DNA of 63,101 nucleotides, the filler included, from Choristocarpus tenellus KU-1152 (Eukaryota > Protista > Phaeophyceae): assembly GCA_964200185.2 (NCBI GenBank). It is 14 parts of 14 records of this genome, joined end to end, with 100 filler letters (N's around TTAATTAATTAA, not from the genome) between each part and the next. Parts side by side here need not be neighbours in the genome. Positions count along the whole stretch, not along the records: positions 8,063 to 15,849 come from CAXNAD020005578.1; positions 15,950 to 18,881 come from CAXNAD020023553.1; positions 18,982 to 21,798 come from CAXNAD020024497.1; positions 21,899 to 26,732 come from CAXNAD020012880.1; 10 more parts are not named here. The stretch is one strand, 5' to 3'. The notes under the pieces are model-generated. The model searched no databases. It worked only from the letters and a program-made list of their open reading frames with translations, and had not been told where the DNA came from. Made by a program: the position numbers and the translations under genes. Shown here in pieces: positions 11,301-23,582 of this stretch. Each line of letters opens with the position of its first letter. Within the stretch, counting starts at the first letter, position 1.

Positions 11301-14300
11301 CTCATTTTTATTTTCTGCATGCATGATAATGTACAATAACATCCTTGTATATTAGCTGTTTCTGCGAGAGGCGTTGATGTATAAGTTCTTCCATCTGCTT
11401 GTGTTGTACTGCTGGACCAGACTGTGCTTTCTCACAATCATGCAAAACAAAGTGGTGTGCATCTCCTCCCAGCAATCTGCCTCTCCCCATAAATGGTTGT
11501 GGTGCCAGTTGAGAGTTTGAGCTTTGCTAGGCCTCTTTTGGTCTTGAGTTGATCTAAAATTTATGGGTATTGCTGTGGGTATGTGTAAATGTTTCTATGG
11601 GACTGTGAGGGTGTGTGGGCTGGTTTTTGCATGCCTGATAAACCAATTGTGGTGTGTTATGTGGTGCTACAGAAGTTTGTGTGATATTCATTGAGTGGGC
11701 TCATAATTATACCATAAATGTACTGTCCTTGATTATCTCTACTTCCAATTTCGAGGGGGATTAGTCTGGTGCATTATATATCTTGCCAGAAAATGTAGGG
11801 AAGAGGTTGACTTACTCAATTGTTTTTGATGTTTTTGAAGTAATGATGATTCCCAACACCCTTCAGAAAGTCAGTGGTGTATGTTCATTATCTACTATCG
11901 ATATGCTCAGAACTATCCGAACTAGCCTTGTCCACAAGGTTGAGCATCCTTAGCTGTATTTGTCATCAACTTGAACATCATCTCCTACCAGAAAGTTCCT
12001 GTCTCATTCATTAATGTTCAAATTTGTTTCATTGCAGTATTTTGTAGTGACAGGGTGACTTCTTGCCCTGTGTATTTCCTATTTCCTTTCAAGCCTTGGG
12101 CTGTGCGTTGACAGGGTTTTGTTTTTGTGAGTTGTGGATGTGAGGAAGGACTTGTGAGAAATCGGAAGGAATAATATCTATCATGATTTGTATCTATTTT
12201 GTAGTGGGTGACTGTTATTGGTGCAGGAGCAAGCCCTGGATATTGGATTCACCAATCGTTACATATTTCACCTTCCAATTGGTCACAAGTCTTTCCTCAT
12301 GCCCACAACTCACAAAAGCAAACCCCATTAGTACATCACCAAACTAGCTGTAGGTAGCTCATCTGAAGTACGATACCAATTGCACAAGTCACTACTGATA
12401 GCCACTCTTTGACATACTCTACTGTGTACTAGCAAGAGCCAGTAACTACCCCCTGTCTTAGCACACCTCACTTTTGTTTACATGTAGAGAACTTAACTGT
12501 CTCAGCGTTGATTGTCAGGGTCTGAAATTACCTTCTTCCAAAATAGAATCCATTCCTGTCATATCTCCCGATTGAAATGGTTCTCAGCACTGTGTGAGTT
12601 CATCAGGGTTAGAATCCATCCTGTTTTGCTTCATTGAATAACTGATTGAACATCCACACTCTGCCTGTCCATTTTGCTATGCACATACCATTCAAGCCCT
12701 ATCTGCCCTAGCAGTACTCTCCTGTTTCTAGATAAAATATTGAAGGAGTCTTCCAATTGCACAGTAATTGCCTTGGCTCTTCACTGGAAACCTATCCTTG
12801 ACCATCCCTGTCTTTCCTGTCAGTGATAAATCTCGCATCTCTAGTGTGAAGAGATGATTCAGATTTGAATTAGGAATATTGGTTATCACATGGGTCACCT
12901 TCCTGTGTCAGTGCATCATATTTGGCATCTTCTTCCTCATCATCATAATCCTTGTCATCACAGTACTCCTCAAGTTCTTCCCATGAGCTGAACAACCCTT
13001 TGTCTTGAACAAAGGTGTTCATAGCTTGCTTAACCTTCCAACTCTTGGATACGGATATTTAGTGCTCATGAAAAATACACGACCCATCACCTGTCTTTGA
13101 CTCCGTATACACCATTTTTTTTTCACAATCATGATTGTTTATGACCATCTTGTCATCTCCCCTAAATGTTGCCATCCTTCTTGATATGCTCATGCCCTAC
13201 TTCGTGGAAAACACACCTGCCCTCACTGATGAGGGACTCTCAATATGTTGCTCAGAATAGAGTCATTTTTCCCCCATTGAGTCTTCTCACACTCTAGGTT
13301 CAACTTCTCAATGCCCACAACCCATAGGTAACGTGTGCAACAGTCACTTCGCCTTTGCAATATTTGGAGTCAGGTGTGCTGTCTTGGGTAGTGATGGTGT
13401 GTAAAAGGTACCAACTATCATGGATGTCGTCCATCAATAATAGGTAGCCTACCTGCCATCTCCCTTTGTGTTCCTCTCCATACCGGATTCGCTGCCATGT
13501 AACCAGCTGTGCTTATCTGATGGGAATGAAATCCACCGAGTTGAACTGGCGCCTTATTTTTGTGTTAGCTGCACTGGGGTCACTTGCACTGCTCTGCTGT
13601 TCACTATTTTGTTTCCTGCACCAGCCTCCCTTTAACCTCATCTTGCACAATTTTCACACTTGTGACCATCCTTCCCACAGTGGAGACGCTTTCCTTCAAA
13701 TTTGGTTTCCTGAGGGCAGTTTGCATGTAGGTAGGCGTTGCATTCCGCCAACGGTAGTACCAAGGCAAAGGTTTAAATTTTTTCACTGGAATTACTGTAC
13801 CTTACACAACTGGACCGTACCTATTTATCTGAAACAGAATAGATTTTTATGTGGAGAAGATCCATCTCTGCCTGATGGTTGAAGTATGTTACATTTTCAT
13901 GTTGATAAAGAGATCTCCATCTTGTCTTTTTGTTTTGTTTGGGGCTGTAGTATTGGTAAGGCTCAGTGTATACCCACTTCGGCATTGCTGAGAGAAATCC
14001 AAGTCCTTGTGCTCCAATCGCTGATGATCTTGTTTTCGTGTACCCTCCAACTGCCTGGTTCTGGATTGTAGTGAAGCAGAAATAATAGGATGGGTATACT
14101 GGAGGGGTGTTGAGGACAAAGGGGCATTCACAGCTTTTGGGCTATTTTTGTGTGTTGTCTACTTTCATATGCACATTGAAGTGATCTTGTATAGTATTTT
14201 TGTCATACCTAGTAGCGACATGCGTGAAATGGGACGCAGAGAGATACCCAAGCTCCCGCTAGAGACTAAATAAATACCTATGTGCTCAAGGCAAAAAGGA

Positions 14301-15849
14301 TGGCAAGCAAGCAGATCATGAAGCATGCGGCCTTGGCGCCTGCACATCCCCCTTCAGTCTCTGACCTTTTTGGATTGATCTAATTCTAAGTAGCACTAAC
14401 CCCTTTGACAGGTGGATCCACAGAGTGGATGGCCGAACATGGAGGATCGGGTGGCCATGGGGGCACGCATAGAACAGCATGGTCCCTTCCACGGGTTCTA
14501 CGTGGCATGGCCAGGCTGCCGCCTGCCCATGGATGACCTTAGAGAGGTTTGTTGTTGGAGAGGGTAGGTTATAGATTACGTTACTATTTACTCTAGAGGG
14601 GTTTGAGTGCAACCATTTGATGATCCCCCCCATCCCCCTGCCGCTTGCACTCTTTCCTGAATTGCTATCATAGGTTGCTCAACTGAGCGTCACATTGGAT
14701 TGGCGCCACATATACTACCTTGAGAGGCGAGAGTTTCCCCCCCCCCAACCCCAACCGGTGCCCACACTGGGGCCGCATGGCTGGGTGTATGCTAAACCAC
14801 CTCAGCCCCCGCCACCATTCCGAGTTGTGATGCGGACTACTGCACTGAGGACAGCTGGAGGGGTATTTGTTCCACATCGCATGGGTTTCATGAAGAGGAC
14901 ACAGGCGTATGCTAAGAGGTCTAATGTGCCTGTGGACAATCTGGTTACTTTTAATGTGGGTAGTGCTGCCTTGAGTGAGTTTGTGTGTTAGTGAGCTGGA
15001 GTAAGCCCCTTACACAGCCTTTTGTTTCTTTGTGGAAGAGTTATGATCACATTCTTCCACACAGCCTCTTGCCTATGCTTTGTCATGTATGGTCTTACGT
15101 ATGTAACACTTCTTGATCCTGTTCATGTACAAGGTCTTCCTTCCACCTCCCTCAGTCCCTTTCACTCTCTGCCTATCATATTGCGTCTCTCCTCTTGCTG
15201 TTGCTCTGATGACAGGTCTTAGACCCCAGGACTGGACAACCTATCACTGTCACGAGAGAGTTCTGTGCTGCTCCATGTTATGCCAATCTGTACAAACGTC
15301 TCCTCAGAGACACCCTTAGAAAGAATCCTTCCCTCATTCCCATCCTCAGTCGGCAGGCACCAGCACGTGTGCAGCCTCCCCCCCCCCCCCCCACGGCCTT
15401 TCCGTTGCCCCACAATCACACACACCTGTACACCAGCATCACCCCCAGCAGCAGCAGCAGCAGCAGGTTCTGTCCTTAGCATCAGACAATTGCTCGGCAG
15501 GAAAAGGAGGAGTGCAAAACATGTGTGATAACTCTCCACGACTTCCCCCTCCCCGTGGACCAGGAGGTATAGACATTCTGTCAGGTCCAGTAGGGCCTGA
15601 CCAAGGAAAGGGAGTGAAGTCAGGGGAGATTGAAAGGGGAGGTTCCAATAGACAAGCTGGAGAGAAGCAAAAACAGCTAGCAGTTCTGGGGATGCTGGGG
15701 CTCTCTGGGCCAGAGGAAGTAAAGGGGTGCAGTGGAATGGATGGAGGTGCTGCTGTTGCTGCCAGTTCCTCACGGTTCAGTAATGGGGGAGGAGTTGTAG
15801 AGAGAACATCCTTGCTGGCTGCAGATCCAGGGACAGGGGGTGGGGGTGG
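8347..15849 (+). CDS. Unidentified multi-exon gene, partial (candidate exons ~8347-8676, 8884-8905, 9261-9351, 14411-14449, 14673-14904, 15223-15355, 15467-15849)
   Basis: Coding-like segments bounded by AG and GT/GC: RALLLPFMQDGDNFFTRLDRINLLQQLEKEQ..., LGVVRPENLAPGAEK..., DWRHIYYLERREF..., DPRTGQPITVTREFCAAPCYANLYKRLLRD. No family recognised; exon linkage and boundaries uncertain. Confidence 0.45.
10668..10929. mobile_element. MITE family A, complete, 4-bp TSD TTCA
   Basis: GATTCAAACTATCTTAGGGTTAGGGTAG ... CCCTCCAAGATAATTTCACTC, flanked by TTCA/TTCA. Confidence 0.9.
12113..12327. mobile_element. Small MITE-like element with ~55-bp imperfect inverted repeats, unrelated to families A and B
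   Basis: GGGTTTTGTTTTTGTGAGTTGTGGATGTGAGGAAGGACTTGTGA pairs with the reverse complement of TCACAAGTCTTTCCTCATGCCCACAACTCACAAAAGCAAACCCC. Confidence 0.65.
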
Positions 15850-16156
15850 NNNNNNNNNNNNNNNNNNNNNNNNNNNNNNNNNNNNNNNNNNNNTTAATTA
15901 ATTAANNNNNNNNNNNNNNNNNNNNNNNNNNNNNNNNNNNNNNNNNNNNCGAATAGCGGCCACCAAGTAACTAACTGTGTGGTATTTAGTGTTGGTTTGT
16001 GGGTTGCAACTTGCATGTATGATGGTGGTGATGTAGAGCTTGCGTTCTAGCACTACTGGAAACACGCCCTGTTTCTCCACGAAACGTGGTGAAACGGGCT
16101 GACATATCGGCCTCACGCCTATCCCTCCCTTGCTCCCTACTCCCCAAACTACCCAG

Positions 16157-18881
16157 GTCGACAACTGCGTCTCAGAGAACAAGAACAATTTCTTTCTCGG
16201 ATATGCGGGGCTGTTGGTCGCGGCGAGTGCCATTCGTGTGGTCGAGATACATTTTATGATCGTGGGGCACACGCACATCAAGATCGATCAGATCTTCTCC
16301 AGGTAATTAGGCACGCAACATGAATGCGATAGCCACATGGTGTTTTTTCATGGACAGATACTGCCTTGAGGCTTGCAGTTCACGCTTGTTGCCACTCTGG
16401 AAGGTTTATGGCCATGCACTGCGATTGATTGATTGACTTATGATTTTCCCACAACAAAATAGCACGAGAAGAGCAGCTGGCAAAATTGTATTGTAACCTA
16501 GCCTCGAAACAAAACAAAACAAAAATGTACGCATCACCCCTTTTTATATTTATACTTCCATATACATGCATCAGAGCATGTGCCTGCATATATATCTTGC
16601 TTCTCCACTTCTATGTTATTTTACACCAAATCCAACACATCCTATGTTGGCATGTAATACAAAAAGTAATGCCCATCTACACCGGATAAGAGTGCAAGGG
16701 CAACAGCTTTCTGTCTTCGTTAATCCTTCTCGCAAGGAAACGACCATGACGGCTTTAGGCTAATCTCTTCGTCCTCCCCGTAGCTACGCCCAGCATCATC
16801 TGTCCACAAAAATCCACATCGTCATGAAACCTCCTGCACCTTCTTCCGCCGCCTGCTGTACCGATTCGACCACATACCCCCCTGGAGACAACCCAACCAT
16901 TCCTTTCTCCTTCCCCACGTGGATCGCCGCCTATTCTTCTAACATTGCGTCTTCTATAGAGTTGAAAGTTCATAAGCGCACATGCGTCTCGCCCACGTTT
17001 CTTTCACGCCCGCTTCAAAATTAACTTGCTTGCATTTCACCTTCAGGTTCTCACGTGGTATCAAAGGGAAGAACATCTTTCCAAGAACACAGCTGGGTGA
17101 AGAGCTACAGGCCTCTTACACGGAGGTTCCAGTCTACTGCAAGACCCTACGGAACGAGGGCAACTTCAAGGGACTCCTTCGCGACCGTGTCAACTGTGTT
17201 CCCAACATCACGAGCTACAGGGCTTTTCGCGTTGAAAAAGGCGGTGATGGGCGGGTTAAGGTTAGCATAAAGCAATACATGCACAGCACCGCATGGAATG
17301 GGATAGGCGCCAACGTTGCTATCGACCCCAACTGAGCCAAAGTATCCTAGAGGGTAGAGCTGCGTCCATTTGTGGGTCAAAATCCAATGTTGTGATTTTG
17401 ATGTGATTTTGGGCATTGTGTTTGTTAGGAAGTGTCAATATCCATGTTCTGGACACACCTTTTCATAACTTACACATTTTACCTGCTCCAAAACATTTTG
17501 GAGTAGGTAAATGTAATACAAAACCCCAAGGGAAGTCAAGCCCCAAATGGACAAACAGGGCAAAATTCATACCCTCTAAGATACTTTCACTCAACTCCCC
17601 TCCGCACGACCTCTTCATCAGCCACTCGTCTCGTCTCCAAGATGCACCCCCCTACCAGCTTAAGAGCGTGCCCAAAGATGTCATCTTGAAGGTGGAGCAG
17701 CGGTACCAGGCGTCGCACGAGCGCCTCGCTGCTGCGTACCCACTGTGTAAGTCGAACATTTCGTGAGGGGAGTTGATGGTCAATATTTATATTCGGTGGC
17801 AGCTAAAAAATCTGGTGCAACTTCTGTACGAGGCAGCCTTTTAGGCCTTTATAAAAACAACCTAGAAACACATTCCATTCTCATGCGTAGAGATTGTAGC
17901 GTGTCACGATAAACAAGTACTATAGATTACTGGCGATAATTGTTTTGAGGGTACCGGTCTTATACTCAACAGCGACGAATCCGACGAAATCTGCACCCTC
18001 CCTCTCACTACATGCTCCCCGAGCGCCTTCGTGCAACCTTACGGCTGGTTACAAAGTCACATTCATGTTTCCATACCGTTGATGTTCTCGTGCTCATGCC
18101 ATCCACCTTCGCAAATGATGAAGCCGTTCGTTCAGAAAGCGAAACATGAGCAAAGCGAGTCTGTGCGGCTTCTCAAAAAGACAGGGGAATGAGAGTTCAA
18201 CCTCCCAGTCCATTGGCTTCCCACCGATGACGATGGCGCTGGAACTGGTACGAGCGATGTCGAAGACACTGACGAGGGCGAACGTTCGGGTGGAGGAGGT
18301 AATCTCATCAGCGGTGACAATGATCTCGGCGGGCTCGAGGAAACAGACTCTTCCTCGTTGGACGGTGAAACGGAAGAAGCTGGCTTCCGTTGACGGGGTT
18401 GGCCTCGTGCTACCTTGAGATCAGTGAACGATTGAAACCTCATCACTGTGTAGGAAGGCAGGTTTGCCTTTTTTGTAGCAATGGAGGCGCCGCTCTTGGT
18501 CGGCAAAATCCTAGCGGAGCGCGTCGGCGACGACGGGGAGCATGGGGTGGATCTTCACTGGCTTCGGCAGACCAGTGACCACACACATGATAACGCCGCG
18601 TTTTTGACCCTTAAAAAGTACGGGAAAAGTACTTTTGTCGAAGACTACATACATGCTGGTGATATATCCGGGCAAACTGGGAAAACGAAGCGGGTTAAAG
18701 ACGTAAGCTGGGAACCCGTGGTGGGTATTGTTTCGACGTGTGACAAAATTGTTGGGAACGGCAAAAAGATTCCTATCAAGGTGTTGACAGTTCTATGGTC
18801 TGCTATCGAGGCGAGGGAAAGGGGGGGGTTGTGGGAGAAGGACAGAAGACAAAATTCAAGGGACGAGGAGAGGAGAGGGGG
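16157..18881 (+). pseudogene. Intron-containing Sola-like DDD transposase relic (exons ~16157-16302, 17047-17746 interrupted by a MITE, ~18136-18881)
   Basis: Exon VDNCVSENKNNFFLGYAGLLV...FMIVGHTHIKIDQIFSR matches the DNCxxENKN...GHTHxxIDQxFS core of Sola-related transposases; acidic linker and C-terminal LLVGKI...VDLHW beta domain; several in-frame stops. Confidence 0.78.
17334..17592. mobile_element. MITE family A, complete, TSD AACT, inserted in the transposase exon
   Basis: AACT|GAGCCAAAGTATCC...GATACTTTCACTC|AACT; removing it and one TSD restores the frame IDPN-SPPHDLFI. Confidence 0.93.
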
Positions 18882-18981
18882 NNNNNNNNNNNNNNNNNNN
18901 NNNNNNNNNNNNNNNNNNNNNNNNNTTAATTAATTAANNNNNNNNNNNNNNNNNNNNNNNNNNNNNNNNNNNNNNNNNNNN

Positions 18982-19160
18982 CCAAAGCATCTGGGGGGGG
19001 GGGGGTGTCTACACCACAGGTTGCCCATTTGGACCAAATTCAGGAGAAGTACATTTACATTATCCATCTGACGTATGCAACAAAATCATCCAAAAATCGC
19101 GACATGAAAAAATTGACTCCAAATGGACAACCGCCACCCCCCCTCCAGATACTTTGAGCC
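18982..19160. mobile_element. MITE family B copy at contig start
   Basis: Homologous to 1312-1484; ends CAGATACTTTGAGCC. Confidence 0.85.
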
Positions 19161-19399
19161 AATAGTTCTCCTGAATTTTAACGCTTCCCAGAAGAAATCT
19201 AGATAGAGAACTGACTCTACATCTATCTGCAAGCAGCAATCGAATTCTAGGGCTAGTCTTCACTTCTTCCTTAATGAAAGTACTTACATCTACAGTGTTA
19301 CTCGAAGAATATCTATACAACATAATAGATATATTCAAAGTACATAATTTTTGGTTAGTACTGCAACTTGACATGCAAAGCAGCGGTACTAGCAGTAGC

Positions 19400-21500
19400 A
19401 ATTCATGCCTTCCCTCTGGTAACACCTCCATGGTGTCTTCCTTGGTTGGAATTTTCTCAAGCCAGGTAGTAGGCATTGGATACTAACCGCCTGTGTGGAA
19501 CCAGGAACAATTGTGCAGGGGTAATGATAGCCAAACTAGTGAACGGGACTTACTATTATATACTACTTGCTGCTACTTGGTATGTAGTTGTTGTCACGTT
19601 TGAGAAGCCAAAGTATGAAGACTGAATCGGCCACCTTGTCTATTTATTATTTCGGAATATTTTTGGTTACTATCACCCCAAACAAGCATAGCCATTAGAG
19701 CTGTCCGTCACTGTCCACTTTGTTGTTCTTTATAGTACTTGTTGAGGGTATTACTGTACTTATTGCTATAGAAGAACAGGAGAAGAGTTCTAAGTTCAAA
19801 TAAAGAAGGGGGGAATTGGTTAAGAGTCAAAGAATCTTAGAGGGTAGAGCCGTGTCCGTTTGGGGGCCAAAATCCAATGTTGCGATTTTGACGTAATTTC
19901 GGCTATCTTGTTTATTAGGAAGTGTCAATGTCCTTATTCCGGACACACCTTTTCATAATGTACACATTTTACCTACTCCTAAACATTTTGGAGCAGGAAA
20001 ATGTCATTCAAAAAAATGCGGGAAGCTAAGCCCCAAATGAAAAAACAAGGCGAAATTCGTACCCTCTAAGATGCTTTCACTCTCAACCTGGCAATAAATT
20101 ACATGGTCTACAACTGAAACTTATGCTGCAATCAAGTCCGCTGAATACTTGTTTTGAAGAGAAACATTATGTCTTCCGATAGTCATTGACATGACCAGGG
20201 TTTTTTGTCTGCAGCACTAGAGCGTGTACCATTATGTCCATCAAGAAGAGCTGAAAGCAACAACCAGGCACACAGAATAGGCGGAAGACAGTCATTCGTA
20301 CCTCTTTGTCTCAATTAGTAAGTCAGTAATTGTCCATCTCTCCCACCGAATCTTGTTTCCTTTGTACTGGATGTGTCTTTTTAGGACCACAACAAGCCAA
20401 CCACAGAATAATTTCAAACGTTTGGCATACTAAACTGCTAGGACTCCATAGGATGAAACACAATTTGTGTAGACCTGCCACAATTTCCACCCTTGTGGGA
20501 CTGCTTTGTCACCACTACTTAGGACTTTGATCACGTGATTTCCACACAAGGATATGTCAATCATCTCAGTACAGATGTAATCAAGACGGAGGAGACAATT
20601 GATATATATATATATATATATAGACCTACCTGCAGGTGGTCTCCTTATGCTAAGTCCCTCGGCAGGGTGAGAAAACACACTGGGGAGTAGAAACACAACA
20701 CAATTAACTATAAGATACCTACCTATCTAGACATACACATGCACAGTTACCTAGAGTGGGTGGCAATATTTTCCAGTAAAACTCAAATAAATGCACTCGA
20801 TCTTATGACCCAAAGACACCGGTGCCAATATTAGCCCAAGGGAGCATGGCAAAGGGGGCAGTTCACCCTCCCTCTGAGCTCCGCCTCTACTGCGAAGTGA
20901 CGGCATGCACGGCACATGGTTGATCTCGTCCTTGAAGTAATAACCTGTCCATTGTTGATGTGAGATCGATGAAGACAAGGCAAGTGTTAGAGACGTTGTT
21001 TGACAATTTTAACTTGTTCAAATTGTCAAGTCAACCACCAAGCCTTTCACAGAGGAGCCCTTTTGATTAGTCGGCACCTCCTCTACATGAAGGTCATCTG
21101 AGGTCACATGAATGATGCTTTTTCTGTTTCCTTACTACCCAAGTCCCTCCGAAAGTGATGCCATGAATGTATGTGCTTGCTCCTGCCCGAACTCAGGGAC
21201 CTGTTGGGTAGGGACCAGACTAGGTGTATTCCTCTGACCTCGAATTAGCAGCATGCAGATGTGCTCATCACATCTCTATCAGAGGAGTCTTTTTGGAGGC
21301 ATGGCGAGAGTTTGCTGAACTTGCAGAGCTATGTGTGGCAGTCGTTTCATGTGAGACTTGAACTTCATATTCAAAAGTACTCAAGAATTTTCCTCCCTGG
21401 TCAATAGTTATGTTTTTTCTCAGTGAGGGGAGACAGCCTAGAGACCGCTCAGAGTTGTTTGAGCTAGGGAGGGTGGTTCTTTCGACTCCTCCCACCACAT
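19400..21500 (-). CDS. Probable exons of an unidentified gene
   Basis: Short AG/GT-bounded segments, e.g. YYFKDEINHVPCMPSLRSRGGAQRE (~20868-20945) and VPEFGQEQAHTFMASLSEGL (~21140-21200); no recognisable domain. Confidence 0.3.
19824..20082. mobile_element. MITE family A, complete
   Basis: GAGTCAAAGAATCTTAGAGGGTAG...CCCTCTAAGATGCTTTCACTC; flanks TTAA/TCAA (one mismatch). Confidence 0.9.
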
Positions 21501-21898
21501 CAGAGTAGTGTGTATGTAGAGTATTATTACAACAGCCATTGGTTGCTAAATCCCTCATTGATTTAGTATATGACAGGATATTGCAATATGCTGTACATAT
21601 CAACCAAGATTCCTGTGTCTTATCACTCGTAATCCTACATGACGTAGGTGATACGTTACCAATGGCTATAATAATAGCAATTGCATGTTGTAGCCAATGA
21701 ACCAAGAGCAAGTTCCGGCAACAAGCCCTAAGGAGAAAGCACAGCTAACCTTCAGGTATGGATCAAAGTATCTTGAGGGGGGGGGGTGATTTGTGAGGNN
21801 NNNNNNNNNNNNNNNNNNNNNNNNNNNNNNNNNNNNNNNNNNTTAATTAATTAANNNNNNNNNNNNNNNNNNNNNNNNNNNNNNNNNNNNNNNNNNNN

Positions 21899-23477
21899 CC
21901 TTGACCTCACCCCTCTCCCCCTCCCCCTCCCCCTCCCCCTCATCCTTCTGTCTCTCACCAGCACATTCCCTAACATCCAGTTGCCGTTTCGCATATTCCT
22001 TCAGCACCTTTGTGTTTCCCCCCTCCATTTCCTCCTCTGCAATCTCACCTCTCCCTGTGCTCTCCCCTTTACCAATCTCTGGCAATTTGTCCTCAGATCC
22101 CCCATCGCCTTGTTCAAGCCTCTCCTCCATTTTTGACTCATCACCACTGCCACTGATTGCATTTTCCCCTCCCCCACCCTTGGTTCCTGTTCCCTCAGTT
22201 ATCGCTGATCTTTGAGTCCATGCATCTCTTACACCATCACAGATAGCAGCCATATCACCCTCATCCCCTGTATTGTCAGCCTGTTTCCCAGATGAATTAG
22301 CCGATGCCTCATCTGCATTTCCTTGATTTTCCGCTTTGTGAGAGGTATTTTGACGCCCAATCTGTGACTGTGGTAGGGCTCCTTGGACAGGATTGGGCGC
22401 AGCCAACTCCTTGGCCTTGGCTGCAGTTACCTTGGCTTTCCCCTTTCCTCCACATGCACCTGTAGTCTTTGTACCCTGTGAGTTCAGGGAGAGAGCGATT
22501 GGAAATGAGTGGAAGTGCTCACCAACAGTAGAAATCCATACACTTGAACCTGAAGAAATAGTGTGGTGTTTTTAGAGAAAGCTAACGGACAGGAGCAAGG
22601 TCTATGGTACAAAGGAGTCGAGGTTTTCACGCGCCATACTCACTGGCCTTACTGGGCTGATCCGTAAATGGCTTCCACCGGTTTCCTGCTTCTCCAGCAT
22701 GTATGTGAGTGCGATCACTTTCAAGTCAACTCTAGACAGCGAACGAAGATCCCCAGTCTGGCGAGCAAAGTTGGCGACTGGGGGCGAAATGCATGGATTC
22801 AGAAAGGGCTCCATGGGTCGGGATAGCAATAGTCATCAACGTGAGCAAAGGAAAGGTAGGTAGGTATCTGGGTCAATAGGAGACAATTCACACAACTAAA
22901 TGTAGTACGCTTCAACAACCGATAATTCATGGTATCGAGTCAGCACCTGCCTGAGACCATATTCATCACCACCCACTCTCCTGCTATGCCGTGATGCAAC
23001 CACCTTCATCCGCACTGAATCTCACCGAACTTCATTGCCTCATCTGACGGTTCCCTTAGCTTAAGTTCGAATGGGAGCGTGTCAATGTGATGACGGGCCT
23101 TCTTGTCCCGGATCTCGCTCAAAACCTCAGGGACAGTCCAATAACTCTGTAAATGTTTTTCACCAGTATTGGGGTAATGGTTAGATCTGGTCCCCTCTAA
23201 GACAAAAGAGCGTTGCTCTGGTGTGGATATAGCATACAGCTTGTAATAACATTACCTGCGCGGCAGCAGAGAGGGTCATTCCGGCGCCCTTTATTATAGC
23301 GCCCGAGTCGATGACCAAGTGAGTGAGCTTCTCCGGCAAGGATGCTGCCTGCTTCGCATTCTTCTTATTTCTTTCCTTTGGAGCTGAAGGTGGTTGTACA
23401 TGGTCACAGGCCTTGGTTGCCTGTGAGCCAGAAGTAGTCTCAGACGAGAATGGGGGGGAAGACATATCTTTGGCCAT
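21899..23477 (-). CDS. NOB1: NOB1, 20S pre-rRNA D-site endonuclease (PIN domain), 5' part (exons 23477-23256, 23146-23026, 22777-22644, ~22475 to gap)
   Basis: Spliced product HLVIDSGAIIKG...SYWTVPEVLSEIRDKKARHHIDTLPFELKLREPSDEAMKFVANFARQTGDLRSLSRVDLKVIALTYMLEKQ is the characteristic NOB1 PIN domain. Confidence 0.93.
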
Positions 23478-23582
23478 TATTTAGCACTGAGGGCGTGTGC
23501 CCAGTTCAATCTTCCGATCCAGTCAGAGTGCAGCAGTACCTACGTCGTTGTAGGCAGCACCTCCCCTGGATGGCTGGGGATT
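23478..23582. promoter_or_regulatory. Probable compact bidirectional promoter / 5' UTR region
   Basis: About 105 bp between the inferred divergent ATGs of NOB1 and the F-box gene; flanking exons are CpG-rich. Confidence 0.55.

Larger units (their letters stand above)
10600..14300 (-). mobile_element. Highly degenerate Ty1/copia LTR retrotransposon relic inside an intron
   Basis: In copia order on the minus strand: zinc-knuckle remnant (R)LHCGKDGHKCENC at ~13660-13695, integrase-like segment ~13150-13250, RT remnants (YIYG ~11715; RLSQKQLIY ~11360; KYRQG...SMVT-PDL ~11190). Boundaries approximate. Confidence 0.5.

Noticed and set aside
10931-12300. LINE endonuclease/RT reading of the intronic relic
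   Set aside because: Motif order (CCHC, integrase-like, YIYG, T-PDL) fits copia better, and the apparent endonuclease motif falls inside an inverted-repeat MITE
18136-18480. Stop-codon reassignment or readthrough (several in-frame TGA)
   Set aside because: Confined to TE relics, mixed with TAG/TAA, and absent from host exons; C-to-T decay is the simpler explanation
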